The notes below the pieces were generated by a model. That model was not told the origin of the DNA. It did no database searches and saw nothing but the letters and a program-made list of their open reading frames with translations. Shown one piece after another: positions 17,043 to 32,046 of a stretch of DNA of 64,000 nt; within the stretch, counting starts at the first letter, position 1; every line of letters starts with the position of its first letter. The translations under genes were made by a program, and so were the position numbers. This stretch comes from Eledone cirrhosa (lineage: Eukaryota): assembly GCA_964016885.1 (NCBI GenBank), contig CAXHJY010000443.1, positions 62,001 through 126,000 of the forward strand, written 5' to 3'.

Positions 17043-17298
17043 ATATACATAAAGTATGTCCATCGAATCATTTGATAAAATATATACACCATCTCCACTC
17101 CCAATCAGCATAATCAACCACACAAAAAACCAGTTAAACCAGGCTATAAGATTAAAAGGCATCTATGAAGAAATAATAGATAAATAAAATCTTATAGCCT
17201 GGTTTAATTGGTTTTTTGTGTGGTTGATTATGCTGATTAGGAGAGGAGATGGTGTATATATTTTATCAAATGATTCGATGGACATACTTTATGTATAT
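17043..17298. repeat. Long inverted repeat (~111 bp arms, 34 bp spacer)
   Basis: 17043-17153 is the reverse complement of 17188-17298 with only a few mismatches. Confidence 0.9.
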
Positions 17299-17310
17299 AT
17301 ATATGTATAT

Positions 17311-17478
17311 ATATAGAAGAGCTTCTACAGGACTAGAACTGTTTCGTGAGAAATCATGATTTCTCACGAATGAAGCAGTTCTAGTCCTGTAGAAGCTCTT
17401 ATATATTAAAACTTTTATACTCTGATATGTATTGAGTACCTTCCTTACTGTGGTTACCTCCGACTCAACCCGGAATAA
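17311..17478 (-). mobile_element. Copy of the hairpin/hammerhead-like short repeat
   Basis: Palindrome aagagcttctacaggactagaactg...cagttctagtcctgtagaagctctt plus the segment shared with 12222-12280. In (TA)n. Confidence 0.55.
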
Positions 17479-17514
17479 CTTATATGTATATATATATATA
17501 CACATATATATAGG

Positions 17515-18023
17515 AGTAGGCAGACCCAGAAAAACCTGGGACGACTTGATAAATTCCGACCTCACACACTTACACCTCTCCAAGACAATGTCACTGGACC
17601 AAGATCTTTGGCGCTACGTAGTAATACAGAAGACCCGCCTTGCCTAAGTGCCAAGCGAAACCTACAGTCAGTAGACACCTCTTACCAAAATACACACCCC
17701 GTCCCACTACCCCCACCCTATCCACACCACCCCTTTCGATATAAAGTTATGTTGGTACCACAACATCCAGTCCTAAATAAATGAGGTCGTGTAGGTGTCA
17801 CAACAAAAAAACACACAGTCCACGTTGTAATGTGACCGTGTAGGTAACACAGTAAAAACCTCCCAGTCCACACTGTAAACGTGGTTGGTGTTAGAAAGGG
17901 CATCCAGCCGTAGAAAACCCGCCTGACAGTCCTATACGAGCAAGACAACCAATCTTGCCTCAAGTGGGAAAATTCCCGTCCAAACCCATGCTAGCGTGGA
18001 AGATGGACGTTAAACGATGATGA
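17515..18023 (+). mobile_element. RTE-clade LINE 3' end (ORF C-terminus plus long 3' UTR)
   Basis: GRPRKTWDDLINSDLTHLHLSKTMSLDQDLWR..stop at 17647, then a UTR ending gcgtggaagatggacgttaaacgatgatgat. Confidence 0.8.
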
Positions 18024-18092
18024 TATATATGTATATACATATATTATATTATATTTAGAGTTTAAACTCAAAGTCATGTATATATACATATG

Positions 18093-19115
18093 TAGAATAA
18101 AAGAGAAAACAGGTAAGCATTAAAAAAAGGATTTTATCCAGGTATTTACGACCGTTTCATTGGTAAGCGCAACCTTATATCGCTGTACTGCAAATAGCAG
18201 CCACTCGATAACTGTTATTCACCTCCAAATTTTCACAATAATGAATAAGTTACTTGTAAAAGGTTCTTATACACATCGTTACACAATGAAACATTCCCAG
18301 CATCGTTATGTAACTACCCTTGTGAACAAGACCTGGCAACTGAGGGAAAGTAACCATCAATACACCCTGAAGTGGAAGAATCGAACGCGCCTGCATATCG
18401 GAGTGGTATGAGAAGCTGTCGGTTATGTAACCTTGAACTGTTCCACATTTTGAATTCGAAGAATAAGTTACTCAACAATAAAATCGAAAGATCAATTTAT
18501 TGCAACCATAGACTTAAAGTGCAAATCGAACCTTTAACCTCCTACTACCACCTGACAAATTGCAGATACTTAGACTTTCTAACCTCTTATTGAATCAAAC
18601 CCCTTTAATTACCCACAGTAACCAATACTTGTCCCTCTCTCCTCCTTTTCTCTTTTTTCGTTTTCTTTTCTTCTCTCCCCTTTTTTTTCTCTTCCTCTTT
18701 TATATATATATATTTATCTGTCTATCTCTCCTCCTCTCTCTCACTATAAACGATTTAATTCTCTTTAACTCCCTACACTGTAAATTGACGACATCAAGTC
18801 TACAAATCAAAACTGATCCGGGAATCCTTCCATGTTTACCGCTCTCTCCATCCCCGTTTGTCACTCTACTTCCTAATTCTTCTCCCCCTTCCTCTCTCTA
18901 TATAGTAAATACGATTCCAAAAAAATGTTTTTTTATATATTAAGAACCTTTTACAAGTAACTTATTCACCTCCAGATTTTCAAAATAATGAATAACAGTT
19001 ATCAAGTGGTTGCTATTTGCAGTATAGCGATATAAGGTTGTGCTTACCAATGAAACGGTCGTAAATAACTGTATAAAATCCTTTTTTATGCTTACCTTTG
19101 TTTTTCTTTTACTCT
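18093..19115 (+). mobile_element. 5'-truncated Penelope-like retroelement: GIY-YIG endonuclease C-terminal remnant with inverted pseudo-LTRs
   Basis: 18270-18530 (one frameshift) reads HRYTMKHSQHRYVTTLVNKTWQLRESNHQYTLKW..APAYRSGMRSCRLCNLELFHILNSKNKLLNNKIERSIYCNHR, like the PLE endonuclease tail (T.LS..IW.LK...W...A.AY....C.LC..E....LLN..E...C.H). Arms 18093-18269 and 18941-19115 are inverted. Confidence 0.8.
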
Positions 19116-19404
19116 TTATACTCTAAGATTAAATGTGATTTACTAACCACATTCTTACAAACTTGTGGAGTTACCCCTAACCGTACGTTGGAAACCATCC
19201 AAGAAACTGGCTATTTTAACCACGAACTGGATCACAATAAGCAATTTTCTGCTTCCCTAACTATATACATATGTATATATATATGTGTGTATATATATGT
19301 GTGTATATATATATGTGTATATATATATGTGTATATATATATGTGTATATATATATATGTGTATATATATATGTGTGTATATATATATGTGTATATATAT
19401 ATGT

Positions 19405-19928
19405 GTCTGTAGGCATCTCTATCAAAACACACCCCCGTCCCACCACCTCCACCCCACCCACACCGCCCCTTTCAATGTAAAGTTATGTTGGTCCCACAAC
19501 ATCCAGGCCGAAACAAATGAGATCGTGTAGGTGTCACGACAAAAAACACACAGTCCACGCTGTAAATGTGGCCGTGTAGGCAACACGGTAAAAACCTCCC
19601 AGCCCCACACTGTAAATGTGGTTGGTGTTAGGAAGGGCATCCAGCTGTAGAAAACCCGCCAGACAGTCCACGCTGTAATGTGGCCGTGTAGGCAACACGG
19701 TAAAAACCTCCCAGCCCCACACTGTAAATGTGGTTGGTGTTAGGAAGGGCATCCAACTGTAGAAAACCCGCCAGACAGTCCTATGCGAGCAAGACAACCA
19801 CTCTTGCCTCAAGTGGGAAAACCCCCGTCCAAACCCATGCAAGCGTGGAACACGGACGCTAAACCTGATGATGATGATGATGATGATATATATGTGTATA
19901 TATATATATGTGTATATATATATATGTG

Positions 19929-19961
<33 letters not shown>

Positions 19962-19964
19962 GCG

Positions 19965-20004
<40 letters not shown>

Positions 20005-20010
20005 TGTATA

Positions 20011-20061
<51 letters not shown>

Positions 20062-20082
20062 GTGTATATATATATATGTATA

Positions 20083-20126
<44 letters not shown>

Positions 20127-20420
20127 AAGTTATGTTGGTGCCACAACATCCAGGCCGAAACGAGATCGTGTAGGTGTCACGACAAAAAAACACACAGTCC
20201 ACGCTGTAAATGTGGCCGTGTAGGCAACACGGTAAAAACCTCCCAGCCCCACACTGTAAATGTGGTTGGTGTTAGGAAGGGCATCCAGCTGTAGAAAACC
20301 CGCCAGACAGTCCTATGCGAGCAAGACAACCACTCTTGCCTCAAGTGGGAAAACCCCCGTCCAAACCAATGCAAGCGTGGAACACGGACGCTAAACCTTG
20401 ATGATGATTGATGATGATGT
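19405..20420 (+). mobile_element. Two tandem RTE 3' UTR fragments (19405-19886, 20124-20420) separated by a (TA/TG) microsatellite
   Basis: Both are homologous to 17665-18023 and near-identical to each other. The first has an internal duplication. Confidence 0.8.
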
Positions 20421-20583
20421 ATTCTACACATTTACACATCTTTACACACCACGCATCTCAATGTACACCCACTTACATCTCTCTCTCCACCACCGGATCT
20501 TGTTACCCGGAGATTTACCCATTTGCATTGTCGAGGCTTCCAAACGACTTAAAGATATATATATATATATATATGTATATATA

Positions 20584-20706
<123 letters not shown>

Positions 20707-20716
20707 CATATATATA

Positions 20717-20758
<42 letters not shown>

Positions 20759-20762
20759 TAGA

Positions 20763-20808
<46 letters not shown>

Positions 20809-20860
20809 TAGATAGATAGGTAAATATACACGGGTGTGTATGATTGTGTATAGAAGATTA

Positions 20861-21116
20861 TATTAATAAGAGGAATTCCAACTTTGTCTGATTTACTCGT
20901 TTTATTTACAATCCTTTAAAATTTATAATGGTATTATAATGAAATAGTATGATAGAATATTAAATTCTAAGTGTTAATTGAACAAGTACTTTCATGCTTT
21001 CGCAATCTTCAGGTTCATAATGTGTGGTGACAGTCAAGTTTGCAATTTTCAACTGTCAATTTTAAAGGATTGTAAATAAAACGAGTAAATCAGACAAAGT
21101 TGGAATTCCTCTTATT

Positions 21117-21120
<4 letters not shown>
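20861..21120 (-). mobile_element. Second copy of the hammerhead-bearing element, with ~61 bp inverted terminal duplication
   Basis: 20861-20921 is the reverse complement of 21060-21120. The body is the reverse complement of about 14255-14442. It abuts (TA)n. Confidence 0.65.
20979..21017 (-). ncRNA. Minimal type I hammerhead ribozyme, same family as 14295-14333
   Basis: Minus strand: tgaac-CTGAAGA-ttgcgaaagcat-GAAA-gtac-TT-gttca. Stem I tgaac/gttca, stem II tgc/gca with GAAA loop, stem III AGTACT, triplet CUU. Confidence 0.72.
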
Positions 21121-23021
<1,901 letters not shown>

Positions 23022-23231
23022 TATATAGGGCCCTTCAAAAGAAAATATTTTCATTTAAACTTGAACCTAATATAACTTTTTACTACATCTATTGTTGTTC
23101 AGATAATTTCTTGGATTTTGTATAATATATATACATATATATTTATTATAAGAACAGAAATTTAAGCAAAGAATCGCTGCTTTCACCCTTAACGGGATCT
23201 TCTGAAACTTCAGAATATTATATATATGTGT

Positions 23232-23392
23232 TTCCACAATAAATTAGCAAACCATACTCGAGGACGCGCTTTTCATTTCGCCAATTTTCAACCCGCGTAT
23301 TGCTATGGTGACTCATCACAGTGATACATGGGTTGAAAATCAGCTAGATGAAACACGCGTCTTCAAGTATGGTTTACTAATTTGCTGTGGAA
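23232..23392. repeat. Imperfect ~160 bp palindrome (MITE- or pLTR-like)
   Basis: ttccacaataaattagcaaaccatactcgaggacgcg... pairs with ...cgcgtcttcaagtatggtttactaatttgctgtggaa. Mismatches are mostly transitions. Confidence 0.8.
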
Positions 23393-24994
23393 CTTACTCT
23401 ATACCGAATTGATCCTCTGGGCTGAGTGTTCTACTTACTATGGATATAATCTCCCAGTTTTTACCACTGTGTATAGATATATATCATCATCATAAAAAAT
23501 TAATTCTTCCATGATTGCATGGGTTAGACAGGTCGCTTACATATATCCTCTTCCTGCTATATCAAGCTTTAACCGAATATATCCCTTCCATATACTTTAC
23601 CGATTGTGTTGTTATTTCTGTTTACCTTTTACATACATATATATATATATATATAAGCCCACACACACACACACACATATATATATAAATGTGTGTGATG
23701 TGTTGTGCTCAAGGTCCTAAGATCACTGGTTCGATACCTGGATTGTGTGGTACATGGTGTTCTTCAGCAAATCATTTCCTGGTGCTCCAGGCCACTCAAT
23801 TGAGGGCTGGCAGTAAATGTGTGTTAACTCTACAATGAACTGGTGACTTGTCATATGGGGGTGGGGGCAGGGAGTATGATCTTTTACTCTGTCATTAAAT
23901 GTCATAAGAAACCAGGAAACTCCAGCCTGATGAGCCTACAAGGCTCAAGATAGACCTTTTTTGAGTGGTGACTATCAATCCGCTGTCATGTATAATCACC
24001 TTTTCCACTCCTTTGCCATTAACTCTTTCATTACTGTGTTGTTAATGAAATAAACTCTATTTCAATTAATTAATGGAGGATTTTGAGGGATTTACTAAAA
24101 TTATTAATTATTTCATTACTAAGATAATAACTTTTAGTGTGGTTCTTCTATAAAATTATGTTGGCAGATTTTAATTTAAATAGGAACCTTTCAAAATGGC
24201 TTATTTTGTTTTATAAACCCAGAGTCCCATCTAACCCATGCTAGCTTGGAAGATGGACGTTAAACGAAGATGATGAGAGTCAGTTTGGGGCAGGTTAGTT
24301 TCAAAAGGACTGAAGATATGTAGTGCTTCTCTGCCAGACCATCAGGTTTTGTTACTGATCAGACTCACACATGTATATGGAACTACAATACATATTCCTT
24401 AATTACCATTTGTATATAGAATGTTAATGTGTCTTGTTTAACCTGATTTTCAGATGAAAATCATCAGTGCAATGACTCTCTACTAAAATGGAACTGGTTA
24501 ATCACTGTGAGAATTATACCTTCAACACCTTAAATAAAAATTACACACACACACACGTGTGTGTGTGTACATATATATACAAACACACGCACACGTGTAT
24601 ATAAAATTATATATATGTGTGCGTATATATATAAAATTTAAAAGGCACCCCCGCACCTTTCGTCACAAATGACCATAGGATTTGCACCTAGAAAGTTCCC
24701 CTTGTGTGGGTAAGTTTGTTTGTAGAAGACCATCAGTTGTCCGTACATACCAGTCTCCCCTCTCCATACCACCAATGCTGTCCAAGGGAAAGGCAACAGC
24801 CAATACACCTTGACACCAGTGATGTTGCAACTCATTTCTACAGCTGAGTAAAACTGGAGCAATATAAAATAAAGTGTCTTGCTCAAGGACATAATGCAGC
24901 CCAGTCCGGGAATCAAACTTACAATCTCATAATTGCAAACTTGCTCTAACCACTAAGCTATAAGCCTTCACATCTCTCTCTCTCTCTGTGTATG

Positions 24995-25042
<48 letters not shown>

Positions 25043-25514
25043 TGTGTGTGTGTATATATATATATATATATTCATATATACACACAAGTAAATGCTTGTA
25101 GGTGTGTGCATGTACGGTATTAAAGACTCTACTATCTTTGAATATAATCTTTTTATTAATAAAGATTTTTCTTTATTACTCTTATATGTTAGGCTAGGAA
25201 CATTAGCATTTCCAAGTCCATTAAAGTTACAAGCCCCTCTAGGTTCCATTGTGTAAATGAAATGATTGTTGTAGTGGCCTGTTGTTGTTTGGTTACAAAT
25301 GATCATGGGTATACTATTATAATTCATTCAAGAAATCTTTAATTATTTTAAATTATTTGACAATTAGTTCACCATAGGCTTCATGGATTATTTTTATCTA
25401 TGATGATTCTGTGTGTTGTAGCTTGGTTTCTATTTGGCTATTTGTAAAAGTTTCATCATATATATACTCACACTCACACACATATATATATATACATGTA
25501 TACAATATACAAAC

Positions 25515-25547
<33 letters not shown>

Positions 25548-25572
25548 TAAACATACATACAAATATATACAA

Positions 25573-25609
<37 letters not shown>

Positions 25610-25988
25610 TAAACATACATAAATATATACATATATACATATACATATATACATACATACATATACATATATACATACATATACATATACATATATACAT
25701 ACATGTACATATATAAACATACATAAATATATATGTATATAGATATACATTTACATACATATATATATACATTTACATACATATACACACATATACATAT
25801 ATATATATACATATACATACATATACACATACACATACATACATGTACATATATACATACATATACGTATATACATACATATACATATATATACACACAT
25901 ATATATATATATATACACATACATATTTACATATATTCATATAAATATAAATACATACATATAGACATGCATACACACATATTTATAA

Positions 25989-26900
25989 CTAGCAGTGGTA
26001 CCCGGCATTGCACAGGATAAGGTATTTTGGAACGCGGGCCGCCAACAGACCTAATCGTGGAAAAACTACATGCCTGGACAATATGTAAGGAAATTAAACC
26101 GAATACTCTGATGGCTGGATAATCTTTAAGATTTTCCTCGATGATGCAGGAAAAATGCAGGTTTTCACCTTATGCGGGCCCTAGGGGATCAAGAAAATGA
26201 ATTTTTTTTATATGCATAATATGCCTTGAAATTTCGGGAAAATCGGCTAGACGTAATGCCTCAAAAAAGCCCTAAGAAGCTGAAAAAATGAAGTTTTTCA
26301 CCTAATGCGGGCCCTAGGCCATAAAAAAGTTGGATTTTCTTTGCTTACGGTATGAAGAAGAGACTGACTAATACATAGTTACAATTTCAAGGAAATCGGT
26401 CTGACGTAACGCCTCAAAAAAACCCTAAAAGTCTTTAAAAACGCAGTTTTTCACCTAATGCGGGCCCTAGGGGATAAAAAAAGTGTTATGTGCATAACAC
26501 TCCCTGAAACATAAGTAATACACATGTAAAGTTTGAAAAAAAATAGGTTGGGTACTTCTCGAGTTGTAGGGATTCAAACTCACAGACACACACACACAGA
26601 CATCCTCAGTAAAGTGACATAATGCAGACAGCCAGACTTACAGACATATTATAAGGGCGCGACGTTATATGTATGTATCTATTTAAAAAGAGAAAGACGA
26701 AGAATTATAGAGAGAAATCACTAAACCGCCTAATGCGGTCCCTAGGGCATAAAAAATTTGAAATTTTTTTTTGCTGAGAACACTCCCTGAAACATAAGTA
26801 TTACATGTGTAAAGTTTGAAAACAGTCGGTTGGGTGGTTCTCGAGTTTTAGGGATTCGAACTCACACACAGACAGACATCCTCAGTTTTATATATATAGA
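25989..26900 (-). mobile_element. Non-autonomous Helitron
   Basis: The minus strand begins TC(TATATATATAAAA) and ends CTAG, inserted between A and T. Subterminal hairpin cctgtgcaatgccggg. Internal repeats cacctaatgcgggccctaggg occur about 4 times. Confidence 0.8.
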
Positions 26901-26904
26901 TAAT

Positions 26905-27170
26905 AATAATAATAATAATGAAATTATTGTGTAAAGTGCTCAGGTGCACTACAACTCGTCAAAGGTGCATGTATAGTACATAGAATAATATACAAATGTC
27001 AGGTAAGTGAATAGTGTATGAGTCATGATATACATGTGTGTATGTGTATGGAGGGGGAACGTTAGGTGTAGTGTTGGCGAATCTCGGGAAGCATGGAGGT
27101 TTTAAAGGATGCAGTGTCTCGACAGCTAACAACTGATGCAAGTAGTTTGTTCCATGCTTCAGCAACTCTG
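26905..27170 (-). mobile_element. CR1-like LINE 3' end with (ATT)n tail (UTR fragment repeated at 28002-28083)
   Basis: RVAEAWNKLLASVVSCRDTASFK matches the CR1 terminal RVV..WN.LP..VV......FK motif. Confidence 0.7.
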
Positions 27171-28096
27171 ATTGTACCTAATTTATTGTACTAATAAAAT
27201 CACAAAATCAAATATCAATGCGAGTCCTTATTTAAACATTACAAATATTATCTTACCTTTTTTAATATAAGTGATTCCTTATGTAGCACCCTCCTACATT
27301 TGTACACAAAATTCGACCAACAAAAAATATGTGTTTTATATAAAAGTCGATACTGGTTAGAATACCATTGGGTGGTGTTTCGTTAGCCTATTTCAAACAT
27401 CTAATATGCATATAATCTGGAAGTTGGTTCATACCCCATCACTGCTTAATTTGTGATGGAGTCACCATTTCATAGGGAATAACATTATTGTATTGAATTA
27501 AATTAAAAAGAAAACACACACACACACACACAAAATCAAATATGTCAGACTGAATTCATATTGATCGTATGTGAAATATCTAGTTTTCTCTTTACATTGA
27601 TATGTACATTATGGAACATACACATTTATACATTATATACACACATACATATATGTATAGGTATATAGGAAAAGAGTGAGGACCCCACAGGCTGAGCTCC
27701 AGCCGTTTCGACATTCCCCATATACATATATGTATGTATACATATATTCACATATACATATATGCACATATATTTACACACATATGTGTGTGTATATATA
27801 ATAATAATGATAATAATTGTTTGTACAATTGGCACAAGGCCAGCAATTATCCCAGTGTATTACTGGTGCTTTATTTTATCGACCCCGTAAGGATGAAAAG
27901 CAAAGTTAACCTCGGCGGTACTTGAACTCAGACCATAAAGGGACGTGACTCTTTGCTGCAAAGCATGGCATCAGACCCTCTACCGATACTGCCAATCCAC
28001 CTGTACAGTGCCCAGGTGCACTACAACTCATCAAAGGTGCATGTATAGTACATAGAATAATGTACAAATGTCAGGAAAGTGAACACACACATATAT

Positions 28097-28439
28097 TCAT
28101 TTCATCATCATTTCATTTTACGTCCACTTTTCCCTGCTTGCAAGGGTGGGATGGGAACTGATTCTGGCTTGATTTCTACAGCTGAATGCCCTTCCTAACA
28201 CCAACCTCATTTACAGTGAGTGCTGGGTGCTTTTCTGCCGTGGCACCTCCACGACCACTTTGCAGTGGAATGATATGGACGCCAGTCCTATCATCTCATT
28301 TCTACAGCTGAGTAAACTGGAGCAATGTGAAATAAAGTGCCTTGCTCAAGGAAACAACACATCACCCGGTCTGAGAATTGAACTCACAACCTTTCGATTG
28401 CAAAGCCAATGCTCTAACCACTAAGCCATGTGCCTCCAT
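28097..28439 (-). mobile_element. CORE-type SINE copy
   Basis: Near-identical to 22677-23021 in reverse. Confidence 0.85.
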
Positions 28440-28450
28440 ATATATATATA

Positions 28451-28861
28451 TCACCGGGAGAGATGACCCCTTAGCCTTTGTCAAGGCAGAATTCTAGGAG
28501 AAGGAAAACTCTGATATAACACCTGCAACCCTGATGGTATCCACTGATGTTGCCTTGTTCTTCTTTTTGGTAAATATCATCTTGGTTAAGAGAGTGGGAC
28601 TGGCTTTGTGCAGTGCCTTTGCTCACTATAAAAGCTTCACGGCACAGGCATTGCTTTATATCTGGAGATCTCTCTGCACTTGTCGTCACATGGTACCATG
28701 GGCCCAGCACTATGTGTCAATAATTGTCACAAGTGTAGTGTTTGTACCAGAGTTTTCAAGTCGCTGGCTGGACTAAAAATCACACTCGTTCAGCGCATCG
28801 GTAGGGGTTCTCCTACATGGATATAAAGTAGTGGCCTTACTCGAAAACGAGTTGGCAGCCA

Positions 28862-28862
<1 letters not shown>
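28451..28862 (+). mobile_element. 5'-truncated copy of the 61963-62571 repeat
   Basis: Reverse complement of 61965-62377 with few substitutions, between (TA)n tracts. Confidence 0.75.
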
Positions 28863-28915
<53 letters not shown>

Positions 28916-28924
28916 TATAGGTGG

Positions 28925-29112
28925 ATTCCTGATGTATATAGGGAAGTGACCACAGTTAGAAAAGGTACTCAATATGTTAGAGTATAAGCATATTTATTTT
29001 ATTATAGAAATGACTTCAACAGGACTAGAACTGTTTCATTCGTAAGAAATCATCAAGAAAGTCTGATTTCTTATGGACGAAATTGTTCTGGTCCAGTAGA
29101 AGTGATTTCTAT
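28925..29112 (+). mobile_element. Copy of the hairpin/hammerhead-like short repeat
   Basis: Imperfect palindrome atagaaatgacttc...gaagtgatttctat. The minus strand reads TTGATGA-tttcttacgaat-GAAAC-agttctagtcc. Flanked by (TA)n. Confidence 0.55.
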
Positions 29113-31759
29113 CATATATATATATATATAGGAACAGGCATGGCTTTGTAGTTAAGAAATTTGCTTCAGAAGTATATGGCACCATGTCCAAGTGTCTTCT
29201 ACAACAGCTTCAGGCTAACTAATGACTGGTAAACAAAACCTGGTAGACAGAAAATATTCAGAAGCCAGTGTATAATGTGTGTTTGTCTCCACTTATCTAT
29301 AGATTTGACACTGCATGGGCAAGAGTAATAATTATGCTTTAAATGAACAATGTCCTGCTTAGCCTTTCAACAAGTGAAGACCATAGAATAATTTACCTTA
29401 CTTAGGAAAGAAGGATTGATGTCAGGTGGGACATCAGGCTCTAAAATGTCTCATCCAGCATGTAACAGCATAGAGAAAGGGAGGGTATAAAAACGATGAT
29501 GATGATATATATATATTTGTGTATGGGTGAGTCTGTCTGTCTGTGAGAGAGAGTGTTCCAGCATGTATGTATATGTAAGAGAGGGGGAGGAGGAGGGGGA
29601 AAGCAGAGACATCAGGGTTTAACAACTAATACACTGTTTATAGATAGCCTTTCATTTTAATACTCCCACAACCACCCGCTCAATCTTTGTTTATAGTTTG
29701 ATCCCCCACCTCCTACTGTGTTACACAAAACAAAAATACACATCAGAAATTATTTAAGTACATATATATAAATATACATATCTATATGCATATATACAAA
29801 TATATATATATATACGCGCGCACACACACACACACATATATATATAGAGAGAGAGACAGACAGAGAGAAAGAGAGATACATGTGTAGTGTATGTATGTAT
29901 GTATGTATGCATGCACTCTATACATATCCTGGTTTTTACATATATACATGCACATATTTACGGAAGCTGATACTTCACATTTCATAACTCAAAGTTTCAC
30001 AATGCTGATCCTCAGACACAAAAAGGAAGGATGGTACAAGAAGAAGTATATCGTTTTGAATATATAGAGCAAAAAGAGAGATTTTGATTGGCTGCAAAAA
30101 ATAATGCAAACGTTTTTAAAAAAAGCATATAAGATAAAGGAATTAAAATTATAGTTATAAAAAGTAAAAGATACAAAAACACATAGTTATGATAAGCAAT
30201 GGGTTTAGTAGAGGAAGCAGAATATTTTCAAGTGTATTCACAGATTAACAATTATAACTAGAGCTGAAAGACAAATGGCAACAGACATGATTGGAAAGGT
30301 GTTTGTAAAATTTAGTTTTATAGATATGTTGTTGGATCTCCATCAGTTCCAACAATGGGTGTTCCAGTTGCTCGAACAATAAAACAGCCTGCTCGTGAAA
30401 TTAATGTGCAAGTGGCTGAGCATTCCATAAACACGAGCACCCTTAATGTAATTCTCAAGGAGATTTAGCATGACACATTGTGTGACAAGGTTGCCTCTTT
30501 AAAGATACAGGTACAACTTATTTTTACCAGCTCAGTGGACTGGAACAACATGAAATAAAGTGTTTTGCTTAAGGATATAATGCACCACCAGGAATTGAAC
30601 TCACAATCTTAGAATCGTGAGCCTAACTTCACACACACACACATCTTCCCCTTCCATACACACATACATTAGGAAGGTGAACAGGATATAATGGAGACAT
30701 ATGTGCACAAACACACTTATACACATACATATATATGAAGAAACATTCAGATGTATGGAGATATATAAATCACCCCCCACTTTAGTTGCTAGTCATCTAT
30801 AACAGTGGGAAGAGAGGAGTGTCAAGATGGTGACATTAAAAATGATTAAATAAAAAACCCCAGCTACAAGATTATGGACCTCATGAGATCTCATCAAGGG
30901 GGTGTCAAAATATCATATAAAAACATAAAAATATCAATGTGAAAACAATATATAAAAAGAAAATGAAATAAGCCAACTGTCAGATCAGACTAAGGAAATT
31001 ACTTTCATTGGTGATACTATATACTGGTTGCAACTCCTAGCAGAAGTGTTATTGCTTTTCCAGTGACACGAGGTGTGATTTGAGTCCAGAACACATGTAG
31101 CTGGAACAGATACCATAAAGTATCCTGTCAGATGCTTTAACAATTCACCAATCTACCAATCCTGAATTTGTACTTTTAACAATTTTAAAAGAAATAAAAT
31201 AAAATAAAATGAAATACAAAAGTTGAGTGTGGCGAGATTTGAACTCAAAGTGGAGAGAGCTGAAACAAATACCAAAGCATTTAATCTGATGTTCTAAGAA
31301 CTCTGCCAATTCACTGCCTTCCATACAAATATGCTTAGATCTACATAAAAATGTGTGGCTTCATTGAGCTGTATAAAATGCCTATAGGCTTGTAAATTAT
31401 TGTGTTTATGAAAAATATATCTGTAGAAATTTAAAAGTCAGACAAATTATGACATATGAAGCAACAATGAGTGGGCGAAAGGAGATTCTGTAAAAGTATT
31501 GATGTATCGATGATAGATAGCAAGGGAAGAGAGGGAAGGAGTAATGTGCTATAGTAACAAAGATGAGCAAAGAGAGATAGGAGAGGGCAGAAATAAAAAG
31601 ATGCTATAGTGACAGAGCAATAGGACACTATGTAATATCAAAACTTTGTCATGTTAATTTAGTCTTATATGTTGATTTATGATAGATAAGCAAATGATTT
31701 CATTCATGTAAATAAGTTCCTAGCAGTTTGTTATGGATGTTCAGTCTGTTTTCATTTTG

Positions 31760-32046
31760 TAATATATTATGACTTTCTCTGTTAAACAAAGCTGGCATTA
31801 TTATTAAAGCCATAGACTATAATATATTGTGACTTTCTCTGTTAAACAAAGCTGACATTATTAAAGCCATAGACTATAATATATTGATTTTCTCTGTTAA
31901 TCAAAGCTGGCACTATTAAAGCCATAGTCTGTAATATATTGATTTTCTCTGTTAATCAAAGCCGGCACTATTAAAGCCAATGTCTGTAATATATTGATTT
32001 TCTTTGTTAAACAAAGCTGGCACTATTAAAGCCATAGACTGTAATA
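31760..32046. repeat. Tandem repeat, ~55-60 bp unit x5
   Basis: taatatattg..tttctctgttaaacaaagctggcactattaaagccatagact repeated. Confidence 0.9.

Noticed and set aside
23930-23955. CTGATGA-gcctacaaggc hairpin resembling a hammerhead
   Set aside because: No GAAA follows stem II; it is the 3' part of the Meta-like SINE (also at ~53295).
28471-28776. Duplicated 79-80 aa ORFs (also 62051-62356)
   Set aside because: Both lie in copies of one dispersed repeat, have no recognisable protein motif and are open on both strands by chance.
31760-32046. Regularly spaced repeats reminiscent of a CRISPR array
   Set aside because: Head-to-tail tandem units with no unique spacers, in a eukaryotic context with no cas genes.
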